Assembly: GCA_043826565.1 (NCBI GenBank)
Contig: JBDRPX010000033.1
Location: 21,268-85,267 of the forward strand
Length of the DNA: 64,000 nt
DNA from: Candidatus Omnitrophota bacterium
Lineage (GTDB): Bacteria; Omnitrophota; Gorgyraeia; B26-G9
Reading direction: 5' to 3'
The position numbers and the translations under genes are program-made. This document shows positions 47,661 to 58,066 of the stretch, in pieces (position 1 is the stretch's first letter; every line of letters begins with the position of its first letter). The notes under the pieces were generated by a model that saw only the letters and a list, made by a program, of their open reading frames with translations, searched no databases and had not been told where the DNA came from.

Positions 47661-48668
47661 TCATATTAAATCTGTTTTTTGCTTCTTTTTGTAGGCCAGG
47701 GTATCTTTTTCATCATAAATCTCCCCGAATAATTCTTCTAAAACATCCTCCATGGAAATTACCCCGATATTTTCATCTTTGCTATTGCGGACAATAAACA
47801 AATGCTGATGATATGCCTGAAATTTTTCCAGTAATGTATCGGCCCGTTCATGTTCTTTAATAAATATCGGAGTAACCATAAAATCACGCACCAGCGCGTT
47901 TTCATTATCATTCGCCAGTTCCTTTAAAAGTATTCTTTGCTGGCAAATTCCGACAATTTTGGTTTTCTCATCCCCATAGACAACAAGCCGGCTGTATCTT
48001 GAGTTTATAATTTCATCTTTAATCTCAATCAGCTTCTTTTCTGAAGGCAAACCATAGACATTCTCAATCGGCTTCATCATTTGCACTGCTTTTAAATCAT
48101 TGAGCTTAAATATTCTATTGCACAAAACTTCCTCATCCACTTCCACTGTGCCTTCCATTTTGCCCAGCCTCAGCATCATCTTTATTTCTTCTTCGGTAAC
48201 TTTGGGAAGAGTTTTTGACCCTCTAAGTTTCCGGGTAAAAAACTCAATAGCCGAGACAAATGGTTTTAATAAAAGCATAAAAAAACGTACCAGTATCGCG
48301 CTGGCAAGGGAAATCGGAACCTTGTGGTGTTCCCCGATTGTTTTGGGAATAACTTCGGAAACAACAATGATAAATAAGGTCAAGACCGCGGAAGCTATAC
48401 CCAGCCATTCACTGCCGAAAATGCTGGTTACCATTTGTCCGACAAAGATCGAACCGATAATATTTATCGCATTATTAATAATAACAATTGTTGCTATGGC
48501 CGAATGAATATTTTCCTTAACGATCATTAAATCATCGGCACCTTTACGCTTTGCCTCCCGAAGAAGCCGGGCCTTCATCAACGGCAAACTTAATATTGCC
48601 GCCTCAATCATCGAACAAATTCCCGACGTAAATAAAACAGTAACTATAAGAACTACAAGCACAATCAT
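47661..48668 (-). CDS. CNNM/DUF21 + CBS domain membrane protein (CorB/TlyC family)
   Basis: CS..EAA.LS, I.I.NN..NI, SEVIPKT, SRYSRL, MEDVLEELFGEIYDE.D. Confidence 0.9.
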   Translation of the reverse strand: MIVLVVLIVTVLFTSGICSMIEAAILSLPLMKARLLREAKRKGADDLMIVKENIHSAIATIVIINNAINIIGSIFVGQMVTSIFGSEWLGIASAVLTLFIIVVSEVIPKTIGEHHKVPISLASAILVRFFMLLLKPFVSAIEFFTRKLRGSKTLPKVTEEEIKMMLRLGKMEGTVEVDEEVLCNRIFKLNDLKAVQMMKPIENVYGLPSEKKLIEIKDEIINSRYSRLVVYGDEKTKIVGICQQRILLKELANDNENALVRDFMVTPIFIKEHERADTLLEKFQAYHQHLFIVRNSKDENIGVISMEDVLEELFGEIYDEKDTLAYKKKQKTDLI

Positions 48669-48694
48669 TAATATTCCCCTTCACACAATCTTCC

Positions 48695-50410
48695 TTAAAA
48701 ATTTTTTTTAACCTTAAGCAAAACTTTGTCTTCCGCCTTTGAAGCGGTCGGCTCATCCTCTCTCCCGGATTTTAATGTACGCTGCCCTTCTACTGCCACA
48801 GTATCGGTAAATTTATAGTCACCGCCGATCTTTTGCACGGCAGCCCCGGCTTCTTTTTTCCCCGCCGGCTGAATAACTCCATATCGCAAAGTAGCCTTGT
48901 TCGTAATATCTTTGGTAATATCCAGCTCATTTTTTTTGCCGTCAGTTTGAAATAATACTTCATCTACCCCCATTTTCCGGGCTAATGAGTTCTGACCGGA
49001 ACCAAAAATAAAATAATCGACAAAATCACCGGCTAAATCCGGAGATATTTTTCCCGCTGATATTGATTTTTCCGCCATTTTCCAGCTTTGTCCGGTCGCA
49101 ATCATAACAAGCAATTTCCCTTCCGCTAAGACAGGAAAAGATGTCAGCCTTAACTCCGGATGATTCACGGTTCCCTCAACCGATATATTAATTTTTACTT
49201 TATTAACTTCAGCCTTCCCCTGGCAATGTAATTCCGGATTTTTTATATCCCCGCGAAATTTAAACCGGCTGGGTTGAATTTTAATTAATGCCGACTTTGT
49301 CTGTTTAATCTCTCCGTTTTTAATCCTTACCTCTCCGGTCATTCCAAGCTTATTCGGCAGGCCCCGAAATAAAAGATCAAAAATAATCGAGGACTTAGAC
49401 ATGACAAATCCGCTTCGCTTCAGAGAGTCAACGGTAACACTGCCGGAAATTTTCGGTTCCCTGATTTTGCCGCTAATTAAAATATCGAGATTGCTCAAAA
49501 ATCCTTTTAAATTTTTCACCGTTTCCGCTGATCCGGACAATTCTATAACTTTACTAACGCTTACATAATTAGAATATATTTTAGCATTAATATCTGAACC
49601 TGTTAGCATCCCGGAAAACAAAATGTGCCCGGAATCAGAAACTACTATTTTTCCTTCAGACACAGACACACTTATGTCTTCTATTCCGTTTCCCGGAAAA
49701 ACTATGGTAATTTCACCAATTTTTATAATGCTATCCGGCAGCTTTTCCGCCAGCATAATCGTATTATTAAAAGCTAATTCCCCATTAATATCAGAATGAG
49801 TAGATAAATTTAAAACTCTGCCCTGAATCCGGCACCTGGATTCCCGGACAGTAATCCCGCGGGAATAAGTATCTTTGATAAAAAAATTCCCTTTAACTTC
49901 AAAGTCGTTTAAAACCCCTTTAAGATCAAGTGTAATATCCGCTAAATCTCCGGATACGGCGATCCCCTGGAAACGCTCCGGCAGCAAAGTATTTAGCGTA
50001 TTAACATTGAGATGCTCTGCCTTAGCCCGAAACTCGACATTACCGTTCTTATACCTACCCTCAATAAAAATAATCTCACCTGATGGAGCGATCATTTGTG
50101 CTTTATCTATTTTAACACTTACATCTCTTATAAAACAGGGGAACTTTTCGACTAAAATACTTTCTGCTTTTAAAATATAGTTCGAAGGCATCCCCGTAAT
50201 TCCGGAAAGTTCTATGTTTTTTATTATTAAAGGGTCAAAAAAACCTCTTCTTTCCGGACTGAAACTAACTTTTTTACATTCAACAGTCCGGGACAAGACA
50301 AGAGATAGTATCATTCTTAACCCATTAGTTGTGCAAGATAAATAATAAACAACCAGGAAAGATATGCTGATGACCGCAAAGAAAATCACTACTTTTTTAT
50401 ATAATTTCAT
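48695..50410 (-). CDS. AsmA/TamB-like envelope protein
   Basis: N-terminal TM anchor, beta-rich body, F.GD..NPEL, I.VEGT..P.L.LTS.P and a TamB-like C-terminus ending in F. Confidence 0.6.
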   Translation of the reverse strand: MKLYKKVVIFFAVISISFLVVYYLSCTTNGLRMILSLVLSRTVECKKVSFSPERRGFFDPLIIKNIELSGITGMPSNYILKAESILVEKFPCFIRDVSVKIDKAQMIAPSGEIIFIEGRYKNGNVEFRAKAEHLNVNTLNTLLPERFQGIAVSGDLADITLDLKGVLNDFEVKGNFFIKDTYSRGITVRESRCRIQGRVLNLSTHSDINGELAFNNTIMLAEKLPDSIIKIGEITIVFPGNGIEDISVSVSEGKIVVSDSGHILFSGMLTGSDINAKIYSNYVSVSKVIELSGSAETVKNLKGFLSNLDILISGKIREPKISGSVTVDSLKRSGFVMSKSSIIFDLLFRGLPNKLGMTGEVRIKNGEIKQTKSALIKIQPSRFKFRGDIKNPELHCQGKAEVNKVKINISVEGTVNHPELRLTSFPVLAEGKLLVMIATGQSWKMAEKSISAGKISPDLAGDFVDYFIFGSGQNSLARKMGVDEVLFQTDGKKNELDITKDITNKATLRYGVIQPAGKKEAGAAVQKIGGDYKFTDTVAVEGQRTLKSGREDEPTASKAEDKVLLKVKKNF

Positions 50411-50462
50411 ACATATTGTTTTTCTTATTAATTCTCAAAACTGCCGGCATCTTTTGTAATAT

Positions 50463-51314
50463 TTACGCAACAATAGAGATAATTTTGTTCTTCCCGGATT
50501 TTTTTGCTTTATACATCATATCATCAGCCGCGCTGATCATCTGTTCGACTGTATCCGGAACTGCTGTATAAGAAACCGCGCCGATACTGAATGTTACCGG
50601 AACCTTCTGCTCTTTCATCGCCTCGAGTAAATTCTGTCTCATTCGTTTTAAGACAATTTCACATTGCTCATGGTTTGTTTCCGGCATAAGTATAACAAAT
50701 TCATCCCCGCCCAAACGGGACGGGATATCAATGATCCGAATAGACCGTTTTATGTTATCGGCAACAATACGCAAAAGCTCATTACCCCGCTTATGCCCGA
50801 ATTTGTCATTAACAGTTTTAAAATTATCCAAATCAATATACGCGACCGATACACCGCGATTATAGCGCTTCGAACGGCTTATTTCTCCTTCGGCCAGCTC
50901 GGAAAAAAAACGAAAGTTCGCCAGTCCGGTCAAATAATCAATCCGCGAATAAGCCTTTTCCCTCTCCATGGTTTCTTTTAAAGCCGAAAGAAAAAACGCG
51001 ATGATCAGAAAAAAACTAAGCCGGATGACGGTATTCCAGATAAGGATAAAATAAGACTGAACGTTTCCCCGGGCCGCGACATCCGCGGTATACCAGACAA
51101 TCGCGCTGAAAACAGCTAAAACAATCCCCGGATCACGATGGCAAAACCAGATAAGCATGGTAATCGGTAATACATAAAAAATCGAAAACCCCAGGCGGTA
51201 TCCGGTATAATAGTCTAATACTCCCAGCAGAAGAACCATTATATACCCCAGTAATATAATAAACCCTTTGGGAATTTTTCTTATCTTTTCTTCTTGTTTT
51301 GCGAAATTTATCAT
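50463..51314 (-). CDS. Membrane-bound diguanylate cyclase
   Basis: Four TM segments; D.LTGL.N.R, IDLDNFK.VND.FGH..G, RLGGDEF, TFSIG, AD..MY.AK. Confidence 0.93.
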   Translation of the reverse strand: MINFAKQEEKIRKIPKGFIILLGYIMVLLLGVLDYYTGYRLGFSIFYVLPITMLIWFCHRDPGIVLAVFSAIVWYTADVAARGNVQSYFILIWNTVIRLSFFLIIAFFLSALKETMEREKAYSRIDYLTGLANFRFFSELAEGEISRSKRYNRGVSVAYIDLDNFKTVNDKFGHKRGNELLRIVADNIKRSIRIIDIPSRLGGDEFVILMPETNHEQCEIVLKRMRQNLLEAMKEQKVPVTFSIGAVSYTAVPDTVEQMISAADDMMYKAKKSGKNKIISIVA

Positions 51315-51321
51315 TTACGCC

Positions 51322-52404
51322 TTATAACCATTTTTTCCGTTTAAAATATACGATCATTACCCCGGCACTGCTAATCATTAACCCCCAGGCCATCAAATAC
51401 CCGTAACGCCAGCTGAGTTCCGGCATGTTCCACGGAGAAGATTCCGGGTTAAAATTCATCCCGAAAACACCGGCAATAAAAGTGATCGGAATAAATATTG
51501 TGGCGATAATCGTAAGTACTTTCATTACTTCATTCATTTTATTGCTGACGCTGGAAAGATATATATCGATCATCCCGGAAATCATATCCCGAAAAGTCTC
51601 AATACCATCAATAACCTGGATAGTATGATCATAGACATCCCGCAGATATATCTCCGTTGATTTTTTAATCAGTTTTGATTCCCCGCGGGCAAGACTGCTG
51701 ATCACTTCCCGCAAAGGCCAAACCGACTTCCTTAAAAACAAGGCTTCCTGCTTTAAATTATAGATCATTTGAAGTATTTTAGGTTCCGGATTCTGCATGA
51801 GTTCTTCTTCTATGCCTTCAACCCGATCACCCATATTTTCGATGATCATAAAATAATTATCCACAATCGCGTCGATCAATGTATACGCAAGATAATCCGC
51901 GCCCATTTTCCTTAGCCGGCCTTTATTGCTCCGGATGCGCTCACGTACTTTATAAAAAACATCACCTTCCCTCTCCTGAAAGGATAAAACATAATTTTTC
52001 CCCAAAACGAGGCTAACCTGTTCCGACTTAATCTCTTTGGAATCATTTTCAATATAAAGCATTTTAAGCACAATAAAAATATACTCCTCGGTCTCATCGA
52101 TCTTAGGGCGCTGGGAAGTATTCGGAATATCTTCGAGCACCAGAGGATGAATATTAAACCCCTGCCCCAAAGTTTCAATAACCGATAAATCATGAATACC
52201 ATTAATATTTATCCAGGTAACTGCAGAGGTATCTTTAAATACGGCACATTCTTTGGCTAAAACCGCGTCTCTTTCCTCCAAGGAATTTTCCGTATAGTCA
52301 ATAATAGAAATATTTACAGATTCACTTCGTTTATTGCCGATATGAACCAGCTCTCCCGGGAGCAACCCTGCTGATTTTGATGTTTTATTTCGAAATCTTG
52401 CCAT
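51322..52404 (-). CDS. corA: Magnesium/cobalt transporter CorA
   Basis: IHPLVLEDI, QRPK, YLRDVYDH, MNEVMKVLT, GMNF, MPEL; start at MARF with SD AGGAG. Confidence 0.95.
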   Translation of the reverse strand: MARFRNKTSKSAGLLPGELVHIGNKRSESVNISIIDYTENSLEERDAVLAKECAVFKDTSAVTWININGIHDLSVIETLGQGFNIHPLVLEDIPNTSQRPKIDETEEYIFIVLKMLYIENDSKEIKSEQVSLVLGKNYVLSFQEREGDVFYKVRERIRSNKGRLRKMGADYLAYTLIDAIVDNYFMIIENMGDRVEGIEEELMQNPEPKILQMIYNLKQEALFLRKSVWPLREVISSLARGESKLIKKSTEIYLRDVYDHTIQVIDGIETFRDMISGMIDIYLSSVSNKMNEVMKVLTIIATIFIPITFIAGVFGMNFNPESSPWNMPELSWRYGYLMAWGLMISSAGVMIVYFKRKKWL

Positions 52405-52423
52405 AACCTTCTCCTTTATACAA

Positions 52424-54709
52424 TTACTCTTTACATGCTGCCGCAATTTGACCTAAAGAGATACCTCCGTCATTAGGCGGCACCCGCTGATGCCAATACA
52501 CCAGAAATTTCTCCTGCCTTAATCTTTTCACCGTATGTTCCGTAAGATATTTATTCTGAAAACATCCGCCGCTTAAAACCACCTTTTCCATCCCGGCCCC
52601 CTTAGCAACAGTAATGATTATTTCCGTTAAGGTATTATGGAACTTTGCGGCGATTATTTCTTTAGGGATTTTTTTCTCCAGATCAATCAATATTTCCTTT
52701 ATGATCACGCTGTGATCGACACAAAACGCAGACGCCGGATAATCCGGATCTATTCTTTTTACAACAAGAGAATATCTTTGATCAATATCTTTATCAATGG
52801 TCAGAAATTCCAGAGCCATTGCCGCCTGGCCTTCAAACTGAGCAATCTGACGAACCCCGATTATCGAAGCAACAGCATCAAACAAACGGCCGGCACTTGA
52901 AGTTAAAGGAGAGTTTATTTTTTTCTCAAGAACTACCTGCATATTTTTTAACTCTGCGTCAGTAAATGCCTTAACTGTGTTTAGTTCCCTCATTTCAAAA
53001 AGATCTTCTCCGAATATTTCATATAATAACCCCAGCGCAGTCCGCCGCGGCTCTCTTACCGCCTTGTTTGCGCCGGGGAGGTAAAACGGTTTAAAATAAG
53101 CAACCCGTTCAAAAGACTTATCATTAATTTTTAAAAATTCCCCCCCCCAAACAGTTCGATCCGTTCCATAACCTGTCCCATCCCAGCAAACACCTAAGAC
53201 CGGAGGAGTTAATTCGTTTTCCGCCATGCAGGAAAGCACGTGCGCATAATGATGCTGTACCTCCAGTACCGGCAAGCCGCTATGCAAAGCAAATTGTGTC
53301 GATCGATAGCGCGGATGCAGATCACAAACTACTTTTTTAAAATCAAGCTCATACATATTACGAAAATCATCAATAATCGTATTAAAAGTATTAAATGTTT
53401 TTTCCGTATCCAAGTCTCCGATATGCTGACTAATAAAAACATTTTTCCCGGAACTCACCGCAATCGTATTTTTTAAATGCCCGCCCACCGCCAGCATAGT
53501 ATCTTTTACCGGACTTTTTAACATCACCGGAAGCGGCGCATACCCACGCGCCCGGCGCATCATGATTTCCCTTCCGGAAAAAATCCGGACAATGGAATCA
53601 TCAACATGCCGGGCAATCGGCCGGTTATGAACTAGAAATATATCGGCAATAGAACTCAGATATTTCAAAGCCTCGTTTTCTTGAAAGCAAATAGTTTCAT
53701 CACTCATATTTCCGCTTGTGGCCACAACCGGAAAATTAAGCATCCGCATAAGTATGTGATGTAACGGAGTATACGGTATCATTACTCCCAAATAAGGATT
53801 ATCCGGAGCAATAGATTCCGGCAAAGAACAAGTAACTCTTTTGCGGACAAGTACAATCGGTGCTTCTGATGAACTAAGCAGCCTTTCTTCATAATCAGAC
53901 AGAGCACAATCACTTTGAATAGCTTCTAAGGAAGGATACATCAGCGCTAATGGTTTTGCTTCACGATTTTTACGATACCGCAGGTTTTTTACAGCTTCTT
54001 CATTGCGGGCATCAGCCATCAGGTGAAAACCCCCTAATCCTTTTACCGCGACAATAAGCCCGTCACGTAATCCTTGAGCTGTCTTTGCCATGGCCTCCTG
54101 GTGAGTAGCTGCTACAGCTCCTGCCTTATCCCACAGGCTCACATAAGGACCGCATTCCGGACACGCATTAGGCTGCGCGTGAAAACGCCGGTCCTGGGGA
54201 TTATTATATTCTTGCGCACAATGCGGGCACATGGAAAACCCTTTCATTGTAGTATTAGGCCGGTCATAAGGAAGTGATTCAATAATACTATAGCGTGGGC
54301 CGCAATTAGTACAATTTGTAAAGGGATACAGATACCTGCGGGAAGATGAATTAAAAACATCTTTAAGGCAATCTGGGCACGTCGCAATATCCGGAAGAAT
54401 AATCGCTGTTTTCTCTCCGGAACTGCTTTCTAAGATCTCAAAGGACGCATAGCCGGTTTTATCAAAAAATGCCGGTTCTAAGCTTTGAATAAACGCATGC
54501 TGCGGTTTTTCTTTTCCAATCCGCAGTAAAAAATTGTCCAGCTGTTCTTTTCTGCCTTCAGCCTCAATAACAACACCCTGGCTGGAATTCAAAACCCATC
54601 CGGTAAGTTCTAATTCTTTGGCCAGCCGATAGATAAACGGCCGGAATCCCACCCCCTGCACAGCTCCTTGAATGGATATACGTAACCTAGTAATAGTAAT
54701 ATCGTCCAT
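52424..54709 (-). CDS. hypF: Carbamoyltransferase HypF
   Basis: GAVQGVGFRPF acylphosphatase, zinc fingers (CTNCGPRY, HAQPNACPECGP), KGLGGFHL, HHYAH, PPNDGGISLGQ. Confidence 0.97.
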   Translation of the reverse strand: MDDITITRLRISIQGAVQGVGFRPFIYRLAKELELTGWVLNSSQGVVIEAEGRKEQLDNFLLRIGKEKPQHAFIQSLEPAFFDKTGYASFEILESSSGEKTAIILPDIATCPDCLKDVFNSSSRRYLYPFTNCTNCGPRYSIIESLPYDRPNTTMKGFSMCPHCAQEYNNPQDRRFHAQPNACPECGPYVSLWDKAGAVAATHQEAMAKTAQGLRDGLIVAVKGLGGFHLMADARNEEAVKNLRYRKNREAKPLALMYPSLEAIQSDCALSDYEERLLSSSEAPIVLVRKRVTCSLPESIAPDNPYLGVMIPYTPLHHILMRMLNFPVVATSGNMSDETICFQENEALKYLSSIADIFLVHNRPIARHVDDSIVRIFSGREIMMRRARGYAPLPVMLKSPVKDTMLAVGGHLKNTIAVSSGKNVFISQHIGDLDTEKTFNTFNTIIDDFRNMYELDFKKVVCDLHPRYRSTQFALHSGLPVLEVQHHYAHVLSCMAENELTPPVLGVCWDGTGYGTDRTVWGGEFLKINDKSFERVAYFKPFYLPGANKAVREPRRTALGLLYEIFGEDLFEMRELNTVKAFTDAELKNMQVVLEKKINSPLTSSAGRLFDAVASIIGVRQIAQFEGQAAMALEFLTIDKDIDQRYSLVVKRIDPDYPASAFCVDHSVIIKEILIDLEKKIPKEIIAAKFHNTLTEIIITVAKGAGMEKVVLSGGCFQNKYLTEHTVKRLRQEKFLVYWHQRVPPNDGGISLGQIAAACKE

Positions 54710-54767
54710 AGTAACTACAATACACGAATCAGGCAGGGATAGTCAATAATTAGATATAATCCGCAGG

Positions 54768-55238
54768 TTATTTAATTTCTACAAATTTTTTATTAAGCAA
54801 AGCGGTTTTAATAAATTCTTTGGCTTTTTTTAGGTTTTCCGCTGCTGCCGGAGAAAGCCCCTGACCGAATTCATTGAATTCATAACCGCGTATTCCCAAG
54901 GCATACCCTTGTGTTTTAGCGCTGAATAACTCCTGCGCTAAACCCAGAACTGCTTCCGGCTCCACACTATGACTGGTAAAACTCATTCCCGCTTTAGGTT
55001 CTATTCTGGTAAAAAAGAACGGCTCTCTTCCGTTTACCGAAGCATCAGCAAATATGACTACATCATGTTTAGCCGCATCCGCGGCATCTTCAACCGTTAA
55101 TTGATAGTCAGCGTCTACAGTTACCTCCGGGATATTCTCCGCTTCGATCTCCTCGGCCAATGCCGGCCCAAGTCCGTCATCCAGCCTTCCCGGGTTACCA
55201 TAACCGATTAACAAGACTTTTTTCGGTTCTGCGGCCAT
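54768..55238 (-). CDS. hoxW: Hydrogenase maturation protease (HoxW-like)
   Basis: IGYGNP.R.DDG.G, IFADA, TSH; follows the large subunit. Confidence 0.85.
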   Translation of the reverse strand: MAAEPKKVLLIGYGNPGRLDDGLGPALAEEIEAENIPEVTVDADYQLTVEDAADAAKHDVVIFADASVNGREPFFFTRIEPKAGMSFTSHSVEPEAVLGLAQELFSAKTQGYALGIRGYEFNEFGQGLSPAAAENLKKAKEFIKTALLNKKFVEIK

Positions 55239-55239
55239 A

Positions 55240-56682
55240 TTATTTTGCCTTTTGATCGATCAATTGCCCTTTACTATCATAAAGACTAACAATCAGCGGC
55301 ATTTTTCCCATAGCATGTGTCGCGCAGGAAAGACAAGGATCATAAGCACGGATAGCCACTTCCACACGATTCAATAATCCTTCGGTAATTTTCTTCTTTC
55401 CGCTCAAATGATCTTTAGCCACTTTCTCAACCGCACGGTTCATCGGTTCGTTATTACTGGTTGTGGAAACAATAAGATTAGCCATGGTTACCTGATCGTT
55501 CTTATCAACTTTATAATGATGGAAAAGTGTTCCGCGCGGAGCTTCAATAATTGCTACTGCTTCTTCTCTGCGCTTACCCTTAACTACCAGATCTTTTCCC
55601 TGCAGATCTTTATCATTAAGCAATTCCTTGATCTTCTCGATCGAATGCAAAGTTTCGATCATGCGGGTCCAATGGTAGGCCATCGTAATATTATTCGGCT
55701 TACCTTTGGTGAGAACCATAAATTCTTTACGCTCGGCTTCCGCTTCCGGAGTATCAATAAAATCACAAATATTAACTCTGGCCAAAGGCCCGACACGATA
55801 CCATCCTTTTTCCGGCCCGATAGATTTAATGAACGGAAACTTCATGTATGACCAGGAACGAACTTCTTCAGCGATATACTTCAGATAATCCTGCGGATTG
55901 ACCTGATCAAATATCTTTTTTCCTTCTGAGTCAACCGCACGTAAATTTCCATCATAAAGATCCATACACCCGTCTTTACGGACTAACCCTAAATGACTGG
56001 AATCAAAAGATCCAAAAGGCGCGATATCTTCGAGATTTTCCATGGTGTAATCTTTCGCGATTTTCAATCCGGCTCTGGCCCATTTAATCATCTGGTCAAT
56101 ATCTTTTAAAAACACATCCCGTTCGGCAATCGAAAGATTCTTGTTTATCCCTCCGGGAATTGCTCCGGTTCCATGAATCTTTTTTCCGGCAGTCGCTTTA
56201 ATGATCTCCTGACCATATTTTCTCATCATTACCGCCTGTACAGCCAGATCCGGAAACTTCTGCGCCACCCCGATAACATTACGAATCGCCGGATCAGCAT
56301 CAAACCCAAATAAAAGATCCGGAGAAACCAGGTGAAAGAAATGCAGCACATGAGACTGGAAGGTCTGTCCATAATGCATCAGCCGGCGCATCTTTTCCGC
56401 AGTAGGAGTAAGCTTCTCTCCGCCGACAATACGATCCATAGCTTTTGCCGCGGCCAAATGATGGCTTACCGGACAAATACCGCACAATCTTTGCACCAAT
56501 ACCGGGATTTCCCAGTAAGGACGGCCTTGGACAAAACGTTCAAAACCGCGGAATTCAACAATATGCAATCGTGCCTGCTTAACCTGATTTTTCTCGTCAA
56601 GCAAAATGGATACTTTCCCATGTCCTTCGACACGGGTTACCGGTTCAATAACTATTCTTTTTAATTTAGTACTCACGTTCAT
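55240..56682 (-). CDS. hoxH: NAD-reducing [NiFe] hydrogenase large subunit (group 3d)
   Basis: TRVEGHG, L1 RLCGICPVSH, EAPRGTL.HHY, L2 DPCLSCATH plus a cleavable tail. Confidence 0.93.
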   Translation of the reverse strand: MNVSTKLKRIVIEPVTRVEGHGKVSILLDEKNQVKQARLHIVEFRGFERFVQGRPYWEIPVLVQRLCGICPVSHHLAAAKAMDRIVGGEKLTPTAEKMRRLMHYGQTFQSHVLHFFHLVSPDLLFGFDADPAIRNVIGVAQKFPDLAVQAVMMRKYGQEIIKATAGKKIHGTGAIPGGINKNLSIAERDVFLKDIDQMIKWARAGLKIAKDYTMENLEDIAPFGSFDSSHLGLVRKDGCMDLYDGNLRAVDSEGKKIFDQVNPQDYLKYIAEEVRSWSYMKFPFIKSIGPEKGWYRVGPLARVNICDFIDTPEAEAERKEFMVLTKGKPNNITMAYHWTRMIETLHSIEKIKELLNDKDLQGKDLVVKGKRREEAVAIIEAPRGTLFHHYKVDKNDQVTMANLIVSTTSNNEPMNRAVEKVAKDHLSGKKKITEGLLNRVEVAIRAYDPCLSCATHAMGKMPLIVSLYDSKGQLIDQKAK

Positions 56683-56696
56683 TACTCCATTCTTTA

Positions 56697-57242
56697 TTAA
56701 TCGTATTTTATCAACTCATACGGCAGTTCCAGCGGCTTATTAGTTAATAAGGCCACCAACGCTGCCCACAATGTATCCGCGCTCGGCGGACAGCCGGGCA
56801 GGTGATAATCCATCTTTACAACATGATGACAAGGATACACATTATTAAGAATAAGCGGGATTTCCTTGTCATTCGGAATTATCTTTTTCGGATTATATAC
56901 TGTCGGCCCGTTAAGATATGCCTCATCAAAACATTCTTTGAGCGCAATACCGTTACGCATGGCCGGAATTCCTCCGTTAATCGCGCAATCGCCCACCGAA
57001 ATCATAATATCGCAATTTTCACGAAAGTATTGAAGAACATGCACGTTTTCTTCATTACAACATCCACCTTCAATAAGTCCGACCAAACATCTGCCGGTAA
57101 ACTTTTTTATATCATTGATCGGTGATTTGTCAAATTGGATCAGTTCAACAAGTTTCAGGATACGCTCATCTATATCCAGTAAGGACATGTGGCATCCGAA
57201 ACATCCGGCAAGTGACGCAGTAGCAACTTTAGGTTTTCCCAT
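56697..57242 (-). CDS. hoxY: NAD-reducing hydrogenase small subunit
   Basis: LAGCFGCHMS, EGG, GDCA..GG, PGCPP; single-cluster 181-aa size. Confidence 0.92.
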   Translation of the reverse strand: MGKPKVATASLAGCFGCHMSLLDIDERILKLVELIQFDKSPINDIKKFTGRCLVGLIEGGCCNEENVHVLQYFRENCDIMISVGDCAINGGIPAMRNGIALKECFDEAYLNGPTVYNPKKIIPNDKEIPLILNNVYPCHHVVKMDYHLPGCPPSADTLWAALVALLTNKPLELPYELIKYD

Positions 57243-57269
57243 TTTAATCTACCTTTTTCCTGTGTTATG

Positions 57270-57995
57270 TTAAATTATACCAAATATCTTTTTTTTCTTT
57301 TTTTCAATATCTGAACCGATCGGCTCTTTATCGTAAAGACGCTCGCCTATCGGAACCGCAAATCCGATACGTTTTTTAATAATCGCTCCGACCGGACAAA
57401 CTTCCATAGCCTTATCCGTAACTTTAGCATTAGTATCCGCCAGTTTTGCTTCGGAGTTAACGGCAATTTTCTTTTCATTTCCGCGCCCGATGAACTCAAA
57501 CACTCCTTTACCGTCAATATCCCGGGATGCTTCCACGCAACGGCCGCATAAAATACAACGGTTACGATCAATAAAAATATCCGGATGCGATCCGTCAAGA
57601 TCCCGAACCGGGAATTGGTACGGATATTTTGGAGCGCATATACCTAAACGATAAGCCATGGCCTGCAATTCACAATTACCGCTTTTTTCACATATCATGC
57701 AATAGTGATTGCCTTCGACAAAAAGCATATCCACAATATCACGGCGATAACTCTGTATTTTTTCAGTTTCATTTTCAACAATAATTCCTTCAGCTATCGG
57801 CTGAGTACAGGCTGACTGCGGCCGTCCGTTTACCATAACCGTACATACCCGGCAGCTGCCGTGCGGTATGAGATCTTTCATGTAACACAAACGCGGTATA
57901 TAGACACCCGCCTCATCCGCTGCCTGCATAATGGTCTGTCCGGCAGTTCCCGTTACCTTAACACCATCAATTGTAAATGGGATTTTTTTTGTCAT
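57270..57995 (-). CDS. hoxU: Diaphorase Fe-S subunit
   Basis: IPRLC, GSCRVC, H.C..CE.SG.CELQ, RCILCGRC, CPVGAI. Confidence 0.92.
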   Translation of the reverse strand: MTKKIPFTIDGVKVTGTAGQTIMQAADEAGVYIPRLCYMKDLIPHGSCRVCTVMVNGRPQSACTQPIAEGIIVENETEKIQSYRRDIVDMLFVEGNHYCMICEKSGNCELQAMAYRLGICAPKYPYQFPVRDLDGSHPDIFIDRNRCILCGRCVEASRDIDGKGVFEFIGRGNEKKIAVNSEAKLADTNAKVTDKAMEVCPVGAIIKKRIGFAVPIGERLYDKEPIGSDIEKKKKKIFGII

Positions 57996-58031
57996 AACCT
58001 TCCTATCTTTCCTAACTTTTATTATATTTTT

Positions 58032-58066
58032 GTCTCGCTACTTGCTACTCTCTACTCGCTACTCTA
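58032..58066. repeat. CTACTCG heptamer array
   Basis: CTACTTG CTACTCT CTACTCG CTACTCT between hoxF and hoxU. Confidence 0.7.

Noticed and set aside
55240-55350. Selenocysteine [NiFeSe] large subunit
   Set aside because: The L2 motif is DPCLSC with Cys codons; no in-frame TGA.
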